A DNA stretch of 64,000 nucleotides from a bacterium (GTDB lineage Bacteria > UBA8248 > JACPRG01 > G963555815): assembly GCA_965218795.1 (NCBI GenBank), contig OZ244653.1, positions 3,616,001 through 3,680,000 of the forward strand, read 5' to 3'. The notes under the pieces are model-generated. The model saw only the letters and a program-made list of their open reading frames with translations, was not told the origin of the DNA and made no database searches. Every line of letters starts with the position of its first letter. Within the stretch, counting starts at the first letter, position 1. A program made the translations under genes and the position numbers. Shown piece after piece: positions 59,831-64,000 of the stretch.

Positions 59831-60765
59831 ATGGCCGTTCTGAACTGCCTGATGGATTGCGACCCGGGCGTTGACGACGCCCTGGCGCTGATACTGGCTC
59901 TCGGGCATCCGATACCCGTTTACTCGCAATTACGACCGTCGCGGGGAATGCGCCGCTTGAGGCCTGCACCCGAAACGCCCTCCGGGTGTTGGAGGCTGTG
60001 TCCCCTCAGCGGGCGCCTCCGGTGCACGAAGGGGCTGCCGCGCCCATCGACGGAAACGCTCGGGAGCGGGCCCTCCACGTTCACGGGGAGGATGGTTTGG
60101 GGGATCTCGCTCCCACGGTCTATCCGGAGCCGGCGGGCGGACCGGTTTCGCCGCCAGCGCCCAAGGCCATCCTGCAATACGCCGATGATTTTCCGGGCGA
60201 GGTGACATTGGTCGCTACCGGCCCGCTGACCAATCTGGCCCTGGCCGCGCGGGAAAAACCCGAGCGGTTACACCTCTTCCGGGAAATCGTCGTCATGGGC
60301 GGGGCCGTTCGTGTGCCTGGGAACGTGACGCCCCACGCCGAGTTCAACATCTGGTCCGACCCCGAGGCGTTGGCCATCCTTCTGGCATTGGGCGTTTCCC
60401 CTCTTCTCGTCCCTCTGGACGTGACGATGCAGGTCGTGTTGACGCCGGACCACCTCGAGCGTCTTCCGTTGCAAAACCCTCGAGCGCGTCTCGTCTTGGA
60501 CTGCACCCGAGGATACATGGCCTTTCACAACAAGACGCGGGGAGTAGACGGTTGTTTTCTGCATGATCCCCTGGCGCTCGGTGTCGCCATCGACTCCTCT
60601 TTCGTTGAAATAGAAGAAGTGTATCTGGACGTCACCACGAGCGAATCGGAGGTGAGGGGAAAAACCTTCGAAACGTCACCCGACCGGGGCCACCCCGCTC
60701 GGATATGTACCCGGGTGGATGCAGATCGATTTCTCGATTTCTTTTTGGACTGGATTTCCGTCTAG
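59831..60765 (+). pseudogene. Nucleoside hydrolase with a single 1-nt frameshift near 59910 (pseudogene or assembly error)
   Basis: DCDPGVDDALA in one frame; LLAITTVAGN..VHGEDGLG..GPLTNLA..MGG..AEFN..DPEA..HDP in another. Confidence 0.85.
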
Positions 60766-60822
60766 CCGGGAATCGGATTTCCTCATGGTGGGTTCAACTC
60801 GACCCATCGGATACCGTTTCCA

Positions 60823-61788
60823 TTGACTCCCGAAATCGTCGTCATCGGCAGCGCAAACCTCGACCGCGTGGTCGAAGCCCCCAGGCTGCCGATGCCTGGG
60901 GAGACGGTTCTGGGAGGTGAATATCGGGAATTCTTCGGGGGCAAGGGAGCGAACCAGGCGGTCGCCGCCCGAAAGGCAGCCGGGGCGTCCCTCCGCGCCG
61001 CCTTTGCGGGGAAGATCGGAACCGATGCGGGCGGAGAGAAGTACGTCCGGTACCTGGAGGCCGAAGGCCTGGACCTGACCTTCCTGGCGAAGGATGAGAA
61101 TGCCCCGACCGGTGTTGCGCTCATTGTGGTCGACCCGGGCGGAGAGAACCAGATCGCCGTCGCCCCGGGGGCCAACGCGCGGTTCTCCCCGCAGGATATG
61201 GAAGCGGCCGGAGAATGGATTCGCGGAGCCCGCATCCTTCTGGCGCAGCTTGAAGTTCCGCTGGAAACCGTCCGGACGGCTTTCCGGCTTGGCCGGGAAG
61301 CCGGCGTGAGGACTGTGCTGAACCCGTCACCCGCGTCACCCGGAGCCGAGCTTGAGGAATTATTGGGCTGGACCGACCTCGTCGTTCTCAACCGGGGGGA
61401 GGCGGAGGCCCTCGCCGGCCGGCCGGCGGATTCCGCCGGGCCCGCGCGCGAGGCCTGCGAAATTCTGGCGGCCATGGGGCCGGAGGGTGTCGTGATCACC
61501 CTGGGCGGCGACGGCGCGGTGTTTTCCGGCCCGCGGGGTTCCGGCCACGTCGAGTCCGTTGCCGTCGAGGTCCGCGATACCACGGGCGCCGGCGATGCCT
61601 TTTGCGGCGCCCTGGCCGTCGCATTGTCGGAGGGCGGGGATCTTGAAACCGCTGTCCGATTCGCCTCCGCCGCGGCGGCCCTGGCCTGCACGGTTCCTGG
61701 GGCGCAGCCCTCTCTCCCAATCCGTCCGGACATCGACAAAATGCTTGCAGGGCCCGATCATTCCGCCGCGCGGCGGTCCACTCCTTGA
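60823..61788 (+). CDS. rbsK: Ribokinase
   Basis: GSANLD, GGKGANQAVAA, QLEVP, LNPSPA, DTTGAGDAFCGA, GAQPSLP. Confidence 0.9.
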   Translation: MTPEIVVIGSANLDRVVEAPRLPMPGETVLGGEYREFFGGKGANQAVAARKAAGASLRAAFAGKIGTDAGGEKYVRYLEAEGLDLTFLAKDENAPTGVALIVVDPGGENQIAVAPGANARFSPQDMEAAGEWIRGARILLAQLEVPLETVRTAFRLGREAGVRTVLNPSPASPGAELEELLGWTDLVVLNRGEAEALAGRPADSAGPAREACEILAAMGPEGVVITLGGDGAVFSGPRGSGHVESVAVEVRDTTGAGDAFCGALAVALSEGGDLETAVRFASAAAALACTVPGAQPSLPIRPDIDKMLAGPDHSAARRSTP

Positions 61789-61857
61789 AGACGGCTCGTC
61801 CGTCTCCACCTTGCGGGCATGCGGGGCAGATGCTACGATTCCAACCGCTTGCAATGA

Positions 61858-62943
61858 ATGCGTCTTGCCGATTCTCCGGATTCCCGAGACGTACCGGATG
61901 ACGGGCGGAACGGGGGAATTTCTTTCTTGTCTGCAACCAACGGCGGCCAGCACCAGCTGCAGATCAGCGGTCTCCAGACCCACTTCTTCACCTCGGACGG
62001 CGTAGCCCGGGCGGTCGATGGCGTGTCTCTCACCCTGGATGAGGGAGAGACGCTTTGCGTCGTGGGCGAGTCCGGCTGCGGGAAGACGGTTACGGCCCTG
62101 TCGATCCTTCGTCTGATTCCCGATCCGCCCGGCAGAATCGTCGGCGGTGAAATCCGCTTTCAAGGCAAGGATCTCCTCACCTTCTCGGACCGGGAGATCC
62201 GGGCCGTCCGGGGGAACGACATCTCGATGATCTTCCAGGAGCCCATGACCTCCCTGAACCCCGTGTTCTCGGTGGGTTACCAAATCGTGGAGGCCGTCAC
62301 CCTCCACCAGGGCCTGGGCAGCCGCGACGCCTGGGACAAGGCGGTGGAGATGCTCGACAAGGTCGGCATCCCGGACCCGGCTCAGCGGGCCCGCGAGTAC
62401 CCCCACCAGCTTTCGGGCGGAATGCGGCAGCGGGCGATGATCGCCATGGCCCTTTCGTGCAATCCGAAGATCCTGATCGCCGATGAGCCCACCACCGCGC
62501 TGGACGTCACCATCCAGGCCCAAATCATCGAGCTGATGCAGCGTCTCCAGGAGGATTTCGGGACGGCCATCATCATGATCACCCACGACCTCGGCGTCGT
62601 GGCCGAGATGGCGAACCGGGTGGCGGTGATGTACGCGGGCGTGGTGGTCGAGGAGGGAAGCGCCGAGCAGATATTCACCGAGCCCAGGCACCCTTACACC
62701 CAGGGCCTGCTGGAGTCGGTTCCCCGGATCGACGCGGGCCGCGGCGGGCGGCTCCAGGAGATTCCAGGCGTCGTCCCCAGCCTGTACCGCGTTCCCAAGG
62801 GCTGCAAGTTCGAGCCCCGGTGCCCCCATGCCGCGGACCGCTGCCGGGACAGGGAGCCTGCGCTGTTTCAAATCTCCGACGGCCATACGGCCCGCTGCTG
62901 GCTGGAAGACCCCGTGGATCCCATTCCCAGGCGAAGCGCCTGA
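61858..62943 (+). CDS. Peptide/nickel ABC transporter ATP-binding protein (OppD/DppD-like)
   Basis: [53 protein letters not shown]. Confidence 0.92.
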   Translation: MRLADSPDSRDVPDDGRNGGISFLSATNGGQHQLQISGLQTHFFTSDGVARAVDGVSLTLDEGETLCVVGESGCGKTVTALSILRLIPDPPGRIVGGEIRFQGKDLLTFSDREIRAVRGNDISMIFQEPMTSLNPVFSVGYQIVEAVTLHQGLGSRDAWDKAVEMLDKVGIPDPAQRAREYPHQLSGGMRQRAMIAMALSCNPKILIADEPTTALDVTIQAQIIELMQRLQEDFGTAIIMITHDLGVVAEMANRVAVMYAGVVVEEGSAEQIFTEPRHPYTQGLLESVPRIDAGRGGRLQEIPGVVPSLYRVPKGCKFEPRCPHAADRCRDREPALFQISDGHTARCWLEDPVDPIPRRSA

Positions 62944-62958
62944 AAGGTTCTTTCCCGC

Positions 62959-63945
62959 ATGGCAGACAATGTTCCGAAAGATGACGTTCTCCTCGAAGTC
63001 GAGGACCTGAAAAAATACTTCCCTGTGCGGGGCGGCGTCTTCGGTAAGAAGGTCGGAGAGGTCAAAGCCGTTGACGGCATCAGCTTCTCCATCCAAAAGG
63101 GGGAAACCCTGGGCCTCGTTGGCGAGAGCGGCTCCGGAAAGTCCACCGCCGGCCGATCCATCCTCCGTCTGATCGAACCCACCAGCGGGCAGGTCCGCTT
63201 CAACGGCCAGAATGTATTCAAGCTCGGCAAGGAAGAACTTCGCGAAATGCGCCGCCGGATGCAGATCATCTTTCAGGACCCCTACGCCTCCTTGAACCCC
63301 CGGATGACCGTGGGCAGCATCGTGGGCGAGCCCTTCGCCATCCACAAGATCGCCGCCGGGCGGGACCGCGTGGAGCGTGTGGAGGCGCTGCTCATGCGCG
63401 TGGGGCTGTCGGCCGACCACATGCGGCGCTACCCCCACGAGTTCAGCGGCGGGCAGCGGCAGCGAATCGGCATCGCCCGGGCCCTGGCGCTCCATCCCGA
63501 GTTCATCATCGGCGACGAGCCGGTCTCGGCCCTGGACGTCTCCATCCAGGCGCAGGTGATCAATCTGCTGGAGGAGCTCCAACAAGAGATGGGCCTGAGC
63601 TACCTGATCATCGCCCACGACCTCAGCGTGGTCCGGCACATCAGCCACCGGATAGCGGTGATGTACCTCGGAAAGCTCGTCGAGATCGCCGGCAATGAGC
63701 AGTTGTACAATAACCCCCTCCACCCCTATACGGAGGCCCTGCTGTCGGCCGTGCCCGTTCCCGATCCCAGGATGAAGAAGGAACGTATCGTCCTGACGGG
63801 CGATATCCCGAGCCCCATCAACCCGCCCTCCGGCTGCGTTTTCCATACCCGCTGCCCCATTGCCGAAGACCGCTGCAAAATCGAAATCCCCGAGCTCCGC
63901 AAACTCGATGACGGCCGCCTTCTGGCCTGTCACCTGAGGGGATGA
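62959..63945 (+). CDS. Peptide/nickel ABC transporter ATP-binding protein (OppF/DppF-like)
   Basis: [53 protein letters not shown]. Confidence 0.92.
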   Translation: MADNVPKDDVLLEVEDLKKYFPVRGGVFGKKVGEVKAVDGISFSIQKGETLGLVGESGSGKSTAGRSILRLIEPTSGQVRFNGQNVFKLGKEELREMRRRMQIIFQDPYASLNPRMTVGSIVGEPFAIHKIAAGRDRVERVEALLMRVGLSADHMRRYPHEFSGGQRQRIGIARALALHPEFIIGDEPVSALDVSIQAQVINLLEELQQEMGLSYLIIAHDLSVVRHISHRIAVMYLGKLVEIAGNEQLYNNPLHPYTEALLSAVPVPDPRMKKERIVLTGDIPSPINPPSGCVFHTRCPIAEDRCKIEIPELRKLDDGRLLACHLRG

Positions 63946-63950
63946 GAGGA

Positions 63951-64000
63951 TTTGGGGGACATGTTGGCGGCAACGCGCCTGTCTGCGTGCGACGCACAGG
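63951..64000 (+). repeat. Start of another dispersed-repeat copy (runs off the window)
   Basis: tttgggggacatgttggcggcaacgcgcct. Confidence 0.6.

Noticed and set aside
61360-63933. Long antisense ORFs (also 245-1498, 9944-11932, 23143-24639, 33253-35433, 41310-43118, 51899-53614)
   Set aside because: Shadow frames of well-supported genes in high-GC DNA, with no recognisable motifs

Overview
GC-rich bacterial chromosomal segment, mostly + strand. The taxon cannot be fixed from the sequence; gene content loosely suggests a Nitrospinota/Tectomicrobia/Deltaproteobacteria-like lineage (low-confidence inference). 1-36 kb is largely housekeeping: coaD 3' end, aspartate aminotransferase, ilvE, a four-gene amino-sugar operon (archaeal-type GlmU-like, glmS, a long GlmM-like mutase, a second acetyltransferase), UvrD/PcrA, an orphan gatC, a NitT/TauT ABC transporter, a CIRCE-preceded run (HtrA protease, ferritin-like protein, DacZ-type diadenylate cyclase, His-tailed GroEL without groES, GldA/F/G-DUF4340), cupredoxin, ilvD and alaS. 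37.3-40.2 kb and 54.4-57.6 kb are lower-GC decayed accessory/defence islets (EcsC-like gene, orphan DNA methyltransferase with an IS-truncated partner, AbiV-like gene, MmeI-like C-terminal remnant, IS3/IS481 remnants, a 102-bp MITE, frameshifted genes). 41.3-53.8 kb is a catabolic cluster that resembles a non-orthologous Rut-like N-heterocycle pathway built around an atypical SdhA/FrdA-like flavoprotein with a 2Fe-2S-only partner. The window ends with a PmtA-like methyltransferase, a frameshifted nucleoside hydrolase, rbsK and two peptide ABC ATPases. Intergenic DNA carries several repeat families, including a modular dispersed family with conserved ends and a diverged interior (8 or more copies, one 199-bp tandem duplication) that I do not recognise. 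No rRNA, tRNA or CRISPR array was seen. All family calls come from reading motifs by eye; no searches were run.
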